A DNA stretch of 64,000 nt from Octopus vulgaris (GCA_951406725.2 OX597818.1:127534001-127598000); one strand, 5' to 3'; shown: positions 37,857-54,019, counted from the stretch's first letter. Program-made: numbers and translations. The notes: generated by a model from the letters alone, not told the origin.

Positions 37857-38238
37857 AAAAAAAGCCCCATTTAATGTTTAAATTATTATTATTATCATTT
37901 ATATATTATATATGTACTGTTCCGTTATTGGCAGGATCAACAAAAGAAGTACACAATCTAGCAAGAGATAAATATCATTTAATACAATGGTTTCAAATTT
38001 TGGCACAAGGTTCACAATTTCGTGGAAGGAATAAGTCGATTAAATCGACACCGAAAGGTAAAGTCGACCACGGCAGAATTTGAACTCAGAGCGTAGGGAC
38101 AGACGAAATGCCGCTAACGATTCTGCCAGCTCGCCACTTCGAATATCATTTTTTATATGCAAGATATAAATGTGAGATACAATAAGTTTCATGCTCTGAT
38201 AGTACAATAGTAGCATGAGCTTCTGTATACATATATAT

Positions 38239-38547
38239 GGAGGTGCAATGGCTCAGTGGTTAGGGCAGCGGACTCGCGGTTGTAGGATCGTGGTTTCAAT
38301 TCCCAGACCGGGCGTTGTGAGTGTTTATTGAGCGAAAACACCTAAAGCTCCACGAGGCTCCGGCAGGGGGTGGTGGTGATCCCTGCTGTACTCTTCCGCT
38401 ACAACTTTCTCTCACTCTTTCTTCTGTTGGCCTGCTCGCTTAGCTAGCGGGGTGGCGTCATTTGAAGGCTAAAACAATGCAAAGCGCATTGTGACTAGCG
38501 ATGTGTAGCAACATCTGATAGCCTGGTCGGTCATGGTGATCATGGTG

Positions 38548-38551
<4 letters not shown>
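38239..38551 (+). mobile_element. SINE family B with tail T1, in (TA)n
   Basis: Paralogue of 23294-23598, with TA repeats on both sides. Confidence 0.85.
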
Positions 38552-38584
<33 letters not shown>

Positions 38585-38586
<2 letters not shown>

Positions 38587-38742
38587 CAGATTTCTTTCAG
38601 TTTCTGTCTACCAAATCCACTCACAAGGCTTTGGTCAGCCCGAGGCTATAGTAGACGACACCAAGGCGCCACGCAGTAGGACTGAACCTGGAACTATGTA
38701 GTTGGTAAGCAAGCTACTTACCACACGGCCACTCCTGCGCCT
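38585..38742 (-). mobile_element. SINE family C, 5' half
   Basis: Reverse complement of 34018-34185. Confidence 0.8.
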
Positions 38743-39383
38743 TTATAGTTCAAATTTACAAAAAAAAAACAAAAGGCAAAGACAGGTGTAGGAGCAACAA
38801 GCAGGTGTATTAGTTTAACACTCGGGATGTATATAAAGATATACATATTTCATCCGTATACATACATCCGTACAACTATTTACACATACATACATACATA
38901 CATGCATACATACATATTTGTGTGCGCGCGTACACCCGCCTATGTGTGCGTGTAGACATGTATATATAGAAAGATCAAAAGGTGTATGTATCATTATATC
39001 TATATGCTTGCCTGTATGTGTGTGTGCGCGTGTGTATGTGTGTTTGTGTGTGTGTATATGTGTAAGTGTATGTGTGTGTGTGTGTGTGTGTGTATGTGTG
39101 TATACGGGTTTGTGTTTTTCTACCTGTGTATATGTCTGTGTATATTTATGAGTGTGTATACGTATGTGTTTTTGTACCTGTATATATGTATGAATCTATA
39201 TATTTATGAGTGCGTATAAGTGACTGTTTCGCGTGTATTTGTATACGTGTATGCACTTGTAGCTATATATCTATCCGTGTAGACGTGTATGTGGGGTGTT
39301 TTTTTGGTGATTTTGTCTGTATGTGTATATTTACGCGCGTGTGTATTTACGTGTGTGCATGTACGTATCTGTGTGTGTGTATG

Positions 39384-39417
<34 letters not shown>

Positions 39418-40187
39418 TGTATGTATGTATGTATGTCTGTATGTATGTATGTATGTATGTATGTATGTATGTGTATTTGTGGGGTGGGGAGTTGCGTGTG
39501 TGAGTGTAATATCAATGGAAGCATGACGTTGCGAGCAAACAACGCCCGTTGCTAAGCGAGAGACTTGTAGACAACATATCACTTTGTAGTGAGTCACATT
39601 TTTTACCTGACAATGAGACTACAGGTGAAAATTAATTTTCGCACTTAGAGCTTTCGGTGGCCGGGTTGATAAATTGTTGACCTTGAGGTTCTCACCTGAT
39701 ATATCCACTATTTGTATTAATATCTTTAGGGCGCCAGACTATTAGCAAAGTCGTTAGCGCATCTGAAAAATTGCTATGCGACATTTCTTCCAGCTCCTTT
39801 TACATTCTGAGTTCAAATCCCACCATAATCAAAATTGACTCTCTCGTCTCAAAACTGCTGGCTTTCCGCAAATTTAGAAACCAGTGTCTCGATCTCCTTG
39901 TCTATACTGGTTCATTTTGGCTTACTACAGTGGCGAATTGGCAAAATCGTTAAAGTGTAGAACGTAATGCCTTGCATTATCTGTTCCGGCTATCTGCGCT
40001 CTGTGTTCAAAACCTACTTAAGTTAAATTTCCTTGCATCATTTCGGGGCCGATAAATAAAGTACTTGCACTGGTTTCAATTTTCTCACTCACTCTATATC
40101 TCTCTCGTTTTCCTTCGTTTTCTTTCTTTCTCTCTCTCTATCTCTTTCTCTTTCTTTCTCTTTCTCTCTCTCTCTTTCTTACACACA

Positions 40188-40222
<35 letters not shown>

Positions 40223-41861
40223 TTGCTCGCTCGCTCTGAAAGAAATGGGCAGTGTCCGAGCTTGGAGAAAGATGAGTCCCGTTATCTAAAATTCCCAAGA
40301 TACGCCATATGGCACAACGGCACCCAAACAATTCGATCAGGATATCAGAGCTCAAGAAGAAAGGAATATTCTGGCCTGGCCGACATCACCGGCGAGTTGA
40401 CAGAATCATTAAAGTAGTCATGAGCAGCCTACGGCTCACTTTCTAAATGGCAACCCGCTTCTCGAAAAGGGTTGGCCATTAAATTATCCTACTACCATTT
40501 ACAACAGAAAAAGTCTGCCATTATGTAGTAATTACAGCAACGTGACTTGAGTGCTGAATATTACACATGTTCGTCATGAGCACAGCCAGTGTATCAGTAC
40601 TGATCGTATGATAAAAACCAATTGTTTCTCGCTTGGATATCTAATATCCTATCAACACGGTCCTCTGCAGCTCTGTCCAACATTCCATTTTCTAAGGGAT
40701 CAGATAATGTACGTGGTCTGGGGTCAGATTGGAAGCAAGGTCACTCGCTCAACGACCTCAGATCACTTGATTTAGATGTGATAGCCATTACTGAAACCAG
40801 AATTTCTGCGACACACGTCTAATGTTTGACGACTACAAAAAATATTCATCATGTGGTCTGATAGGACCGGACGGTGAAGTAGATGTGCTTTTCCAGATCA
40901 CCGCGGAAGTTCAGGTGGTCGATTCTATATTAAAGGAATAAGAGGCGATGGCAGGAGCTAAGATAAATCCGAAGAAGTCGGTAGGCCTACGGATTGGTAA
41001 CTGGAGAGGCAAGACTATACCAACAAACAGCATGTTAAGTCGATGGACAGACAGACCAGTGAAATTTTTCGATGTCTGATTTGGCCCGAACTTCCAGGTG
41101 AACAATAACTGCGATGATGTTACAAACAGGGTAGCCAGTTTCATTCAGAAATGGACTGAGAGGAAATTATCCCTGAAAGGTCGAGTCGATCAGTGGTTTC
41201 GAGTGCGTACATTGCCTCTTTAATAACTTAACGCCTGAGCATTGTTCCTTGCTCCATTCGGCTGAACTGGAGCCTTTATTTTTCTGCTTCTTGTGGAAAG
41301 GATGCGTTCCACTGGTCAGCTGGTCCATCTGTTGACAGCGACCTCTGAATGGTGGACTGCGCCATCCATAAGACACTGACAATAGATGCTAATATGCAGA
41401 CAAACACTATGGCTATACCACTTACAGATTTTCCTGGGCGGTAAACCGGTGTGGCTGATATCTCTTTGGTGGAGCTTCAATCCTGGGACAAGAAAAGACC
41501 AAGATTAGGCGCCTGGCGCCTGGAATGTCATCAGACGCCCACTGCTCTCCAGCACTCGGGTAATTCGGTCGATGGAAGTTCTACGGTAACAATATATAGA
41601 AAGAAATCTAGTGGTGGGTAAGAGCGATGAAGTTCTCAGAAAAACTCTATGCATCGACGAGGATGAACTAGCTGGTCTATTTCGGAAGACTTTCGAATAC
41701 AGTACTAGCATGGATAACTTCCAGAATTTCCTGGCCAATTCGAGATAAACTCTACAGGCACGGAAGTGCTATCGAGCGGGATCGTCCGACATGCGTGCAG
41801 AGCGATGAAACTGTTCAGCAGCAGTTGACGTGGATGATTGTCAACAACCGGTGATAGATCG

Positions 41862-42035
41862 AGTCTAGGACATTTACCCCACCCCAAGGACAATTACACC
41901 TGAGGACAACAGATGATGATTTAAAACTTCTTAATATATTGGGGAGTAGGTAATTAACTAATGGGGGTTAATTGTCCTAGGGGGTTGTTGTTGGGGAGAA
42001 TTGTCCTATGGGGCGGGTAATTGTCCTAATACGGG
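41862..42035. mobile_element. Small MITE-like insertion with repeated subterminal GGACAATTACC / GGTAATTGTCC motifs
   Basis: Direct repeat TAGATCG (41855-41861 / 42036-42042); removing the insert restores the LINE linker frame NNR**IALKWAIRLEL. Confidence 0.65.
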
Positions 42036-42822
42036 TAGATCGCCCTGAAGTGGGCAATTAGATTAGAATTGAAAGTGTTTAACAAGAAATTAGCAATAGA
42101 AAGAAATAGATTAAAGAGAAAACTAGTCAGCAAACTAAAAGGCTATTAGTAAAAGCATCGCGACCAACGGGTTAGCGGCGAGACCGGCCCTTGACCATTT
42201 CTTTGAGACGAAATACGAAGGATGCATTGTCAGAGCTAAGGCCCATGTGCTAAAACGCGAACGAACTAAAACTGTCCGATGAGCCCGATCCGTAAAGACA
42301 CGACGTGGCAACAAAACCCTGATCAGGTATTTGGTGGATCAAGACGGGCGCGTACTACTCGCTTCTGAGCAGATGTGTACGACTTTACAGCGGCACTTTG
42401 GACGGCTATCTGGAGAAGGTTATGGGTCAACGACGGTAGCGGACTTTACTTTGCACCTGGACGGCCTACTGCGGCTCTCAGCAGCGGACGCGAGATTCTG
42501 CGAAAACCCGCTAACAACCACTGAAATTTGGGAGGCGATGAGCAATTGCACAGGTCGCAAATGCCCGGTTTGGATGGTCGGCCCAATGAATTCTATGTAT
42601 TCATGCTAGGTTTGTTGGGCAACCTCTTGGCAGAGATCTACCATAACTGACGACAGAACGGGAGAATTCCTAATGTTGTTAGTCGAGTGTGGTAACGCTA
42701 CTGAGAAAGACGCCCCAAAACAGGGCATGTTAGGAAATTTTCGGCCCATAACTCTACTAAACACAGAGTTTAAGATTTTGGTCAAGGTGTTAGCGTAAAA
42801 GTTTGCGTTCGTTGTTGGTAGT

Positions 42823-43296
42823 GTGGCTGGAGAAGCACAAACGTACACAATCCCGAACAGGTCTATCGGCGACAACCTCCACCTTATGCGACACATCGTC
42901 GAAAGGGCTGGGACTAAAGCTGGCTTCGGTAAGTCCTTGATCAATTTGGATCAATCGAAAGCATACGATAGGGTCAAACATCGCTACTTGGAAACCATCC
43001 TTAAAGCAGCAGTTTTCGGACCCGCTTTCAAAAGCTGGATCGCTGCAATGCACAGCAGCACCTGCTCGGTGGTCAAAGTAAACGGTCACGTATTCGAAGT
43101 TCGTGTCACACGTTCGTTCCGCCATGTCTACTCGCTGTCACCTCTCCTGTACGTGCTGGCACTCGAACTACTGCTGCGGAAGTTGGAACAGTTAAGGGGC
43201 ATCCCTTTCGAACTGAGACTCGGGAGAGGCAGTGTCAGCGTACACGGACGACGTCATCGTCATGGTATCGGACGTCTCCGAAGTGTAGACGGTTGA
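42823..43296 (+). pseudogene. Tx1-like reverse transcriptase fragment
   Basis: QTYTIPNRSIGDNLHLMRHI..INLDQSKAYDRVKHRYL..LSPLLYVLALELLL, flanked by stops and frameshifts. Confidence 0.85.
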
Positions 43297-44496
43297 CTCC
43301 ATTGTAAAGGAATATGAATCAGTTGCAGAGGCCAAAATCAACACTGACAAATTGGTGGGCTTGAGACTGGGTACCTGAAGAGGCAGATCGATGCCGTCGG
43401 ACAGTGTTGTTAGATGCTGGACTAACGGACCTGTTAAACTCTTCAGGGTCTGGTTCGATCCGACCTCCTGTTGTATAAGAATTGGGACGAGGTGACGATC
43501 AGGACGATCAGGGTGGCCAGTCCTACCCAGAAATGGACAAAGAGGAAGCTGTTTCTAAAAGGCTGGGCAGAGGTGGAAAATACCTACATCTACTTTGTCA
43601 TCATTTATCGCCTGACCGTCGTACCTGGCCCAGTTACTGCTTGATTAGGTAGGAACATCTCTTGTTTGTTTTCTTTTGGACGGGACGCATCCCAATGGTC
43701 AGGCGGTCAATCTGCTGCCAGCTTCTTCTGCCTGGCAGCTTAGGTATACCATAGCTTTTGATGCGCAGACATGCACTCAGGTGCGCCACCTGCGATGATT
43801 TCTCGACGATGAACGTGTGTGGGCTTCGTTTGTGAGACATGTCTTTCCGCAGCTCATCTTTGACGGAGCTGCAGTTCTGGGTAAAGGTTAGACCGAGACT
43901 GGGTGTCTGGCACTTAGAATGTCGTCAGGGGCTCACTGTCCTCTACAAGTCGAGCAATAGGAACGGTGGATGTACCACTTAAGCTATATTGAGAAGATTA
44001 GTAACGGGAAAGTGCGACAACGTCCTCAAAGAGACTCTAGGTGCCGATGAGAACGAACTGGCTAGTCTGTTCCGGAGGACTTTCCGGTGGGAGACTACTA
44101 TGGACAATTTTCAGATACCTTTAACCTGGCAGTGCTACTGCGGGGTGCTACCGGTTAAGGATAAACTGAAAGGCATGAGGACAGATACACTCCTCTTTGT
44201 AGAGGTCTCATTGACTTCTTCAAGTTTTACTTGAAAAGGAAATTGAAGGTGGAGAGGGAAATGATACCCTCGAGTGACTTTATTGAAAGGCGAGTGAAAG
44301 TTGCGAAAATGACTAGAGTGGATGGTACCTTTCTAAGTGTAGACCTGTAAGTCGGAGAGAGGGAATTAGAGAGGGCACTTGCCCTTAGTGTTCAGTGGGA
44401 TCTCGGACGGTGGGGTTCCGCGATTATCCCTAGAGGTCCTCCTCTATCAGGAGAACCGCATCACTATCATCTTTTCTCCACTCTCTTACTGTCGTA

Positions 44497-44580
<84 letters not shown>

Positions 44581-44713
44581 TTCCCTTCTTTTATTGTATA
44601 TTGTGTATACTTTTCTTTTTCTTTTTTTATCCTTCAATTGTATGTTAACCCCCACATTTTATGTCTGTCCCTGTATTGTCCTCCTCATCCTTCACCCTGG
44701 TGGCAAATAAAAG

Positions 44714-44922
<209 letters not shown>

Positions 44923-45439
44923 TTTAAGCATGGTACGTGCGTTAGCTTGGTGAAAAACAGTCCAGGGATCTTGAAAACTGTAGAGTGCGAACAGATAGAC
45001 TTAGGAGCCACGATTCATTTTCCATTGACATTTACAGCCAATCATTGTACATACGTCACCAGTGATGCTGGAGTGTGCATGCATGTCATTCGATCCGATT
45101 CTATTGCCATCGCTCATAAAATAAGTCTTTGTGCCTAAGCCAGAAATCAATACCGTTGTCATCATCATCATTCAGTGAAAATCAATTATTGATTAACTGG
45201 ACAAAAATGCCTAGATGTGGATCTATAATATAATAGGCATGACAGTTGCGACGTCTTCACATATATATACTTGGGTAATATTTGTAGAATAATATATAAA
45301 AGTAAAAAGTAGCTGAAAACAATGATTGGGAGAAGAAAGAAAAAAAACATAGCGAAGAAAAACTAGATTATAGAATTTCATAATTAGGAAATTAGATACT
45401 TAAGGATTAAAAGAAGGAAGAAGAAGGAAAAAGGTAAAG

Positions 45440-45680
45440 CGCTATCTCGAGTCTTAGGACTCATGCGGCCAATTACACGGTTTCCATGGTGTATAAGTGA
45501 CCGAGAATATAATATCCTCGTTGCACAGGACGCCAATCTGTTGCTGGGTTTATTCATTTACAGTTGAGTAGACAGGAGCAACATGAAATGAAGTGTTTTG
45601 CCCAAGAACCTAACGCACCACCCGGTCCGAACATCGAAACCGCGAACTTGCGTACAACAGCCTTAACCACTTGACCACGA
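45440..45680 (-). mobile_element. SINE family D, degenerate
   Basis: ggagcaacatgaaatgaagtgttttgcccaagaac..tcgaaaccgcg is shared with 15610-15680, 59410-59480 and 63625-63690. Confidence 0.65.
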
Positions 45681-45997
45681 GTTTTCTCAGAGGAGTTTTC
45701 TCAGAGTTTTCTCAGAGCTAGATTAAATCAAATGGGAAGAAGAAAAAAAAACGAAGAAAAAAGAGGGAAGCAGTTAATTCATTTTTGAAAAGAATTAAAC
45801 GAAAAGGGAAAAGAAGGACATTGAACAAAAAGACAATTAGAGAGAAAGAAAGAAAATGTTTAGAAGATGAGTGATAAAAAATTAAAAGAAAAAAATGGTG
45901 AAAATATTAGGAAATGAGATTAAGGAAAGAAAGAAAAAGGAATGGAAAAGGAATGAAAGATTAAAAGAATAGGAAAAAGAAGAAAATATAGATAAAA

Positions 45998-46800
45998 ATA
46001 ATTCTATTTTGGCACAAAGGCCGTGAGAAACATTTAAACAAAGGACAGAGGTGATTTACATAGAACTGTGTAAACAATAACACACTAACAACGCGAAATT
46101 CTAACAACAAAATTCATCCATAGAGGAGGAGAATGCCACCCAGGCACTTTGTTGAAGATAGAGAACTCTGAAATGACCTTCCACACCACACAACTGGTAT
46201 CTTTGTCTTCTGTTTTCAACTCCTATACGCAGCTCTTGGAAAGATGGATAAGTTCTGGAATCTTTTTCACATTATTTAGCTTGATGTGGAGAAGAATCTC
46301 CACTGAGGTCTCAAACCAAAAATCTTTCTCCGTTCGTATGATGTCGAGAATGGTATTACTGCCCTCCAAGGCAATACAGGTCAGCAAGCTGCCAGAAGTT
46401 TAATCCAGGTGGAGCTTTCTCTATCTTAACGCAATTGGACCTACATTCGAAATATGTTTTGTAGAGGCTTGTTCCCTATTGCGTATGGGAGATATGGAGT
46501 GCTTCTGCGCGAGGGCTTCGCTCTTGAAGAGGACCTCCACGTTCTCGCACTGCTTTGCCCTGGTTACATAATGTATATCTGCCTACAGTTCTTTGCGAAT
46601 TCTTTCCATGTGGGGGTGTGCTACTGTTTCTAGATATCGCGTTTTACAACACTTTCTTCCAAGCAGTTCCTGCCAAAACCTCAACTTGGATGGCAAGTTG
46701 TGCTCTCTTCTCGTTCACCTTCACAAGCTGTTTCATCTGTGTCAGCCACGCCTCCCTGTTGTTTAGGGAAAGTGAAAGTACTGTGCTAATTTTGCTGCCA
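45998..46800 (-). mobile_element. Highly degenerate LINE 3' fragment (possibly Tx1-like)
   Basis: 3' end ggcctttgtgccaaaatagaattatt resembles other Tx1 and SINE tails in the window; the coding remnant is weak. Confidence 0.35.
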
Positions 46801-46869
46801 TCCCAGCAAAAGATGACCTGCCTATGGAGTTGCCCCCCACCACTTCCTTTGTCGTCGTCCTTATTCCCG

Positions 46870-46909
<40 letters not shown>

Positions 46910-47027
46910 GGTTGTTTTCGCTGCTATCGCTGTTGGTGCTGCTGTCGTTGTGTTTCCTGTTGTCGCTGCTGTTGTAGTTGTTTGCGGTGATGTCACTTTT
47001 GTAGTTGTTTCTTGTGTTGTTAAAAAG

Positions 47028-47437
47028 TGAGCTGGCAGAAACGTTAAGCACGCCGGGCGAAATGCTTAGCGGTATTTCGTCTGCCGTTACGTTGTGAGTT
47101 CAAATTCCGCCGAGGTCGACTTTGGCTTTCGTCCTTTCGGGGTCGATAAATGAAGTACCAGTTACGCACTGGGGTCGATGTAATCGACTTAATACCTATG
47201 TCTGTCATGGTTCGTCCCCTCTGCGTTTAGCCCCTTGTGGGTCATAAAGAAATAGGTATTTCGTCTGCCGTTACGTTGTGAGTTCAAATTCCGCCGAGGT
47301 CGACTTTGCCTTTCATCCTTTCGGGGTCGATAAATTAAGTACCAGTTACGCACTGGGGTCGATGTAATCGACTTAATACCTATGTCTGTCCTTGTTTGTC
47401 CCCTCTGTGTTTAACCCCTTGTGGGTAATAAAGAATA
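47028..47437 (+). mobile_element. SINE family A with a ~185-bp internal tandem duplication
   Basis: 47071-47254 is repeated at 47255-47437, with GGTATT at the junctions. Confidence 0.85.
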
Positions 47438-47904
47438 GGTATTCTTCATCGCCGTCGTTACTGTTGCAGTTATTATTGCTGTTACTGCTGGTGTCACTTT
47501 TTGTTGTTGCTGTTGATATTGTCGTTTCCTGTGTTCTTCGTGTTGTTCTTACAGTTGTCGTCACCATTGCTGTTCTTGTTATCATTGTTGTTTTTTGTTG
47601 TTCTTGTTGCTACTAATTTTGTGCAACACTTCTCTCATGAAGCTGGTAGCGGTATGAAAAGATTTTTCTTCTACATCATTTTGAATCACATATTGGACTT
47701 CCTGCCTCTATAATTCCAAACGAGTAAACAACACTTCAAAGCACAGATAAAATTGTTCCAAAGTTGTACGATTTCGCAGTTCCCATCTTCACACAGCGAA
47801 GGAAAAATCGTTATTTACAGTTTTAACAAAAATTACAACAACCGAAAACTTTTCCACAAAATTTAACAAACCTTCGAGAACCGATATAACGTAAGTCCAA
47901 CACA

Positions 47905-49712
<1,808 letters not shown>

Positions 49713-49744
49713 CAGCAGCAGCAGTAGCAGTAGTATTAGTAGTA

Positions 49745-50954
49745 AAAACCTCATACTAAGTAACAAAACAGGCAAAGAAATATCTAAGTGAATTCCAAAT
49801 ACATCAAATCCCAGGATTAGACGTGCTGGAAACAACCATAGAAAAAGCTAAGCGTATAAAAACTCTTGCTAAAACTACTGCCTTAGATATTCTTACTGAT
49901 AAATGGCAAGAAAAACCTCTCAATGTCAAATACCCAAAGAGAGCTAATAACGCTAATGTTGACAAAGCCCTTCAATGGCTAGTGTCTTTTGGCTTAAAAT
50001 CAGAAACAGAAGGGTTTATCATAGCAACCCAAGAGCAATGCCTACCCACAAGAAGTTACCTGGTCAACATTTTAAAGAACGGCAGTAGTCCATATCGTAT
50101 ATGTAAACAACAAAATGAGACTATCGGTCATGTTTCCATGTACAGCCTTCTTGCGCTTACAGAGTATTTCAATAGACATGATAGAGCAGCACAGTATATT
50201 CACAGGGTAATTTGCAAAGACTTGGACCTGCCCCATGATAAAAACTGGCGGAAACACAAACCACAACCAGTACTTGAAAATGACCATATCTCACTCCTTT
50301 GGAACCTTACTGTTCAAACTGACAGAAAGATAGATGCAAAGAGGCCAGACATTAATTATATTGAAGGCTTTCAGACAAAAATTATGCCTCCTCGTCAATG
50401 TGACTATACCAATCGACATAAATGTATTTGTCAAGACCTACCAAAAAATGAGCAAATATAAAGATCTTGAAATAGAAATTGGCAAAATGTGGAACCTCAA
50501 AACTAAAACAGTACCTGTTGTCATAAATGCCATAGCAATGATAGCAAAAGGGGCTGGTTGCTACCTATCTCAGATACCAGGAAATCTCAAAATGGAAGAA
50601 ATTCAAGAAGCGGTGCTCATAGGAACTGTTCATATCCTACGTAAAATATTGTCTCTGTAATCCCCAAAACATTTTAATCTATAAGCTGTCGAAATACTTT
50701 TAAATGAACATAATAACAAACACTTTTTAATTGTCATCTTAACATACCATTTTCATCTTATAATCAAAGTACATTTAAAACAAACTTCTTATTTACTTAT
50801 GTGTTGACAGACATTCTCTAGAACAAAAACTGTGCAAAACCAAAAATATGGCACCCTAGTCATAATACCAACTTGCACTTCTAACTTTTCTCTTAAGGTC
50901 TCTGGATGAGACTTGGAGCCAACTTGTACAAATACAAGGCAACAGTCAAACATA
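49745..50954 (+). mobile_element. R4/Dong-type retrotransposon, degenerate, distinct subfamily
   Basis: WQEKPL..GLKSETEGFIIA..RHDRAAQY..KMSKYKDLEIEI..HILRKILSL; followed by (GAA)n. Confidence 0.85.
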
Positions 50955-51080
50955 GAAGAAGAAGAAGAAGAAGAAGAAGAAGAAGAAGAAGAAGAAGAAG
51001 AAGAAGAAGAAGAAGAAGAAGAAGAAGAAGAAGAAGAAGAAGAAGAAGAAGAAGAAGAAGAAGAAGAAGAAGAAGAAGAA
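50955..51080. repeat. Pure (GAA)n tract, ~42 units
   Basis: Read directly from the sequence. Confidence 0.97.
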
Positions 51081-51084
51081 GATG

Positions 51085-51849
51085 GCGACTATGGATAACT
51101 AAAAGTGATTAAAAACCGAAAACGGAGGCTCTAATCTGTGCTGCCCAAGAGCAAGTATTAAGAACCAATTACATCAAATACAGAATAGACAACACATCAG
51201 AAAGTGATAAGTGCAGAATTTGTGGACAAAATGGTGAAATCGTATGACATATTACCAGTCAGTGTACGCCACTAGCCCAGAAAGAACATAAGAGACGTCA
51301 TGACAATATAGCAAGAATTGTCCATTGGACACTTTGCAACAAGTATGGACTTGACGGAGCAAAAAAGTGGTACGAATATAAACCTGAAGTCAGCATCGAA
51401 AATGATAATATAAAGATCCTATGGGATTTTATGATTCAGTGCGACCATGAGATAGAGAATAGGAAACTAGACATAGGGTTAATTGAGACAGAAAGCAAAC
51501 GATGCTGGATCGTAGATATAGCATGCCCAGCTGACAACAATAAGGAAGAAAGAAAAGTCGATAGATATAACAGGTTAGCTTCGGAGGTTAAGCAGCTGAG
51601 GTCGCTGAGAAAGGTGGTAGTAGTACCGATAATTGTTGGAGTACTGGGAACAGTGAGTAAAAACCTTGAAAAGTACGTGGAACAAATAGGGGATGCAATA
51701 AGGATGGAGCACTTGTAGAAAACAGCAATGCTTGGAACCGCTTGAATACTCCGGATGGTGCTCGAAACATAAGAAGTGTTACCTTAGTTCACGGGTAGTG
51801 AACAGCTGACACCATAGTACATCACAATCGTTAGAAGTTGTGCAAAGAC

Positions 51850-51850
<1 letters not shown>
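51085..51850 (+). mobile_element. R4/Dong-type retrotransposon, degenerate, another subfamily
   Basis: TEALICAAQEQVLRTNY..CRICGQNGE..H..QC..RRHDNIA..ILWDFMIQCD..VVPIIVGVLG; (TAA)n tail. Confidence 0.85.
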
Positions 51851-51946
<96 letters not shown>

Positions 51947-52445
51947 GTATCTCAACAGGCATGATAGAGCTGCACAATATATTCACTGGATAATTTGCAA
52001 AAGCCTGGACTTGCCCCATGATTAAAAACTGGTGGGAACACAAACCACCTCCAGTGCTTGAAAATGATCACATCTCACTCCTGTCAAGACCTAGCAAAAA
52101 TTGAGCAAATATAAAGATCTTGAAATAGAAATCAGCAAAATGTGGAAGCTGAAGACTAAAACAATACCTGTTGTCATAGGTGCCCTGGGAATGATAGCAA
52201 AAGGGGCTGATTGCTACCTAGCTCAGATACTAGGAAACCCCAAAATGGCAGAAATTCAAAAGATAGTGCTCATGGGAATTGCTCATATCCTACGCAAAAT
52301 ATTTTCTATGTAATCTCAAGTTTTAAAACAAACATAATTTTCTTATGGTTTCTTAAACATTCTCTAGAACAACACTATGTACAAAACCAAATATATGGCA
52401 CCCTAGGCATGACACCAACAGGAACTTCCAGCTTGAGGTCTCATA
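51947..52445 (+). mobile_element. R4/Dong-type fragment with internal deletion (same subfamily as 49745)
   Basis: YLNRHDRAAQY joined to SKYKDLEIEISKMW..HILRKIFSM; lies between (TAA)n arrays. Confidence 0.85.
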
Positions 52446-52499
52446 AAATAATAATAATAATAACAACAACAACAACAAAAAAACAGCAACAACAACAAA

Positions 52500-52618
<119 letters not shown>

Positions 52619-52634
52619 TAATAATAATAATAAT

Positions 52635-53098
52635 ATAGGCATAGGGTTTGAAATTTTAATGGGAGAAGTTTGTCGATTTCATCGACCACAGTGCTCGTCT
52701 TGTATTTATTTTATTGCCCCTGAAAGGATGAAAGCAATGCCACCAAGATCGACTTGGCCTTTCATCCTTTTGGGGTCGATAAAATAAGATCCAACTGAAC
52801 AATTACGGTCGATGAAATTGACTTACCACTCCCCTCAGAATAGCTGGCCTTGTGCCAAAATATGAAATATAATAATAATCCTTTCAACTAAAGCTACAAA
52901 GCCTGAAATTGTGTAGGGCGGGGGGGACTAGTCGATTATATCGACCCTAGTGTTTCACTTGTACTCAATTTATCGATCCCGAAAAGATGAAAAGTAAAGT
53001 CGGTCTCGGCAAAATTTGAACTCAGAACGAAGCGATAGACGAAATACCGCTAAGCATTTCGTCCGGCGTGCTAACGAATCTGCCAGCTCGCCAACTTA
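52635..53098. mobile_element. Cluster of older family-A SINE pieces on both strands
   Basis: Core and tail motifs at 52640-52740 (-), 52750-52870 (+) and 52880-53098 (-). Confidence 0.7.
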
Positions 53099-53102
53099 AT
53101 TA

Positions 53103-53151
<49 letters not shown>

Positions 53152-53177
53152 CATCATCATCATCACCATCATCATCA

Positions 53178-53248
<71 letters not shown>

Positions 53249-53251
<3 letters not shown>

Positions 53252-54019
53252 TAGTTTTATTTTTATATCGTGCTTTCACTTCACTACCGAGCGCAGCTCT
53301 GTGTGCCTTAGGTATGTGCTGTAATTTGTTGTGATGCTCTGATGGTTATTGTATGGAAAGTGTTCTGCGTAGGATGTGTGCAGTGCCTAGTAGTGCAATT
53401 TTCTGTATGTTATATGTGTTTGTAAGTCCTGGTGTTTTTGTTATGTATTTGTCTGAATATTTTTTATCATGCCTAATGCACCTACTATGATAGGAATTGT
53501 TTCTGTTTTTAGATTCCACATTCTGGTTACCTCCATTTCCAGGGCTTTGTATTTTGAAAGTTTCTCCATTTCTTTTAGAGACACGTTGTCATCTGCCGGT
53601 ATTGATACATCAATTAGAAAACATTTTTTTCCTTCATGATCTCTAACAACTATATCTGGTCTGTTGGCCTTAATTTCTCTATCTGTGTGTATCGGCATAT
53701 CCCAGAGTATGGTTGCTTTCTCGTTTTCTGTGACCTTTTCTGCTGTGTGCCTATACCATCTTTTTTCTGTTGTTATTCCATAATGTTGGCATAGCTTCCA
53801 GTGTATGTAGGTTCCAACTCTCTCATGTCTGTGAATATATTCCTTCTTAGCCAGGACTGGGCAGCCAGAGATAATATGATTTATTGTTTCTTGTCCATCT
53901 CCACATATTCTGCAGTTACTTGTTATATTTCTTTTCATTACATGTTTTTGGTAATTTCTGGTGGGGAGGCTTTGGTCTTGTGCTGCAATTAAAAATCCCT
54001 CTGTCTCTGCTTTGAGTCT
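53249..54019 (-). mobile_element. R4/Dong-type retrotransposon, 5'-truncated, further subfamily
   Basis: ORF 53441-53938: CRICGDGQETINHIISGC, RHE, RPDIVV..LIDVSI..KLSKY. (TTA)n/(TCA)n on both sides. Confidence 0.88.
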
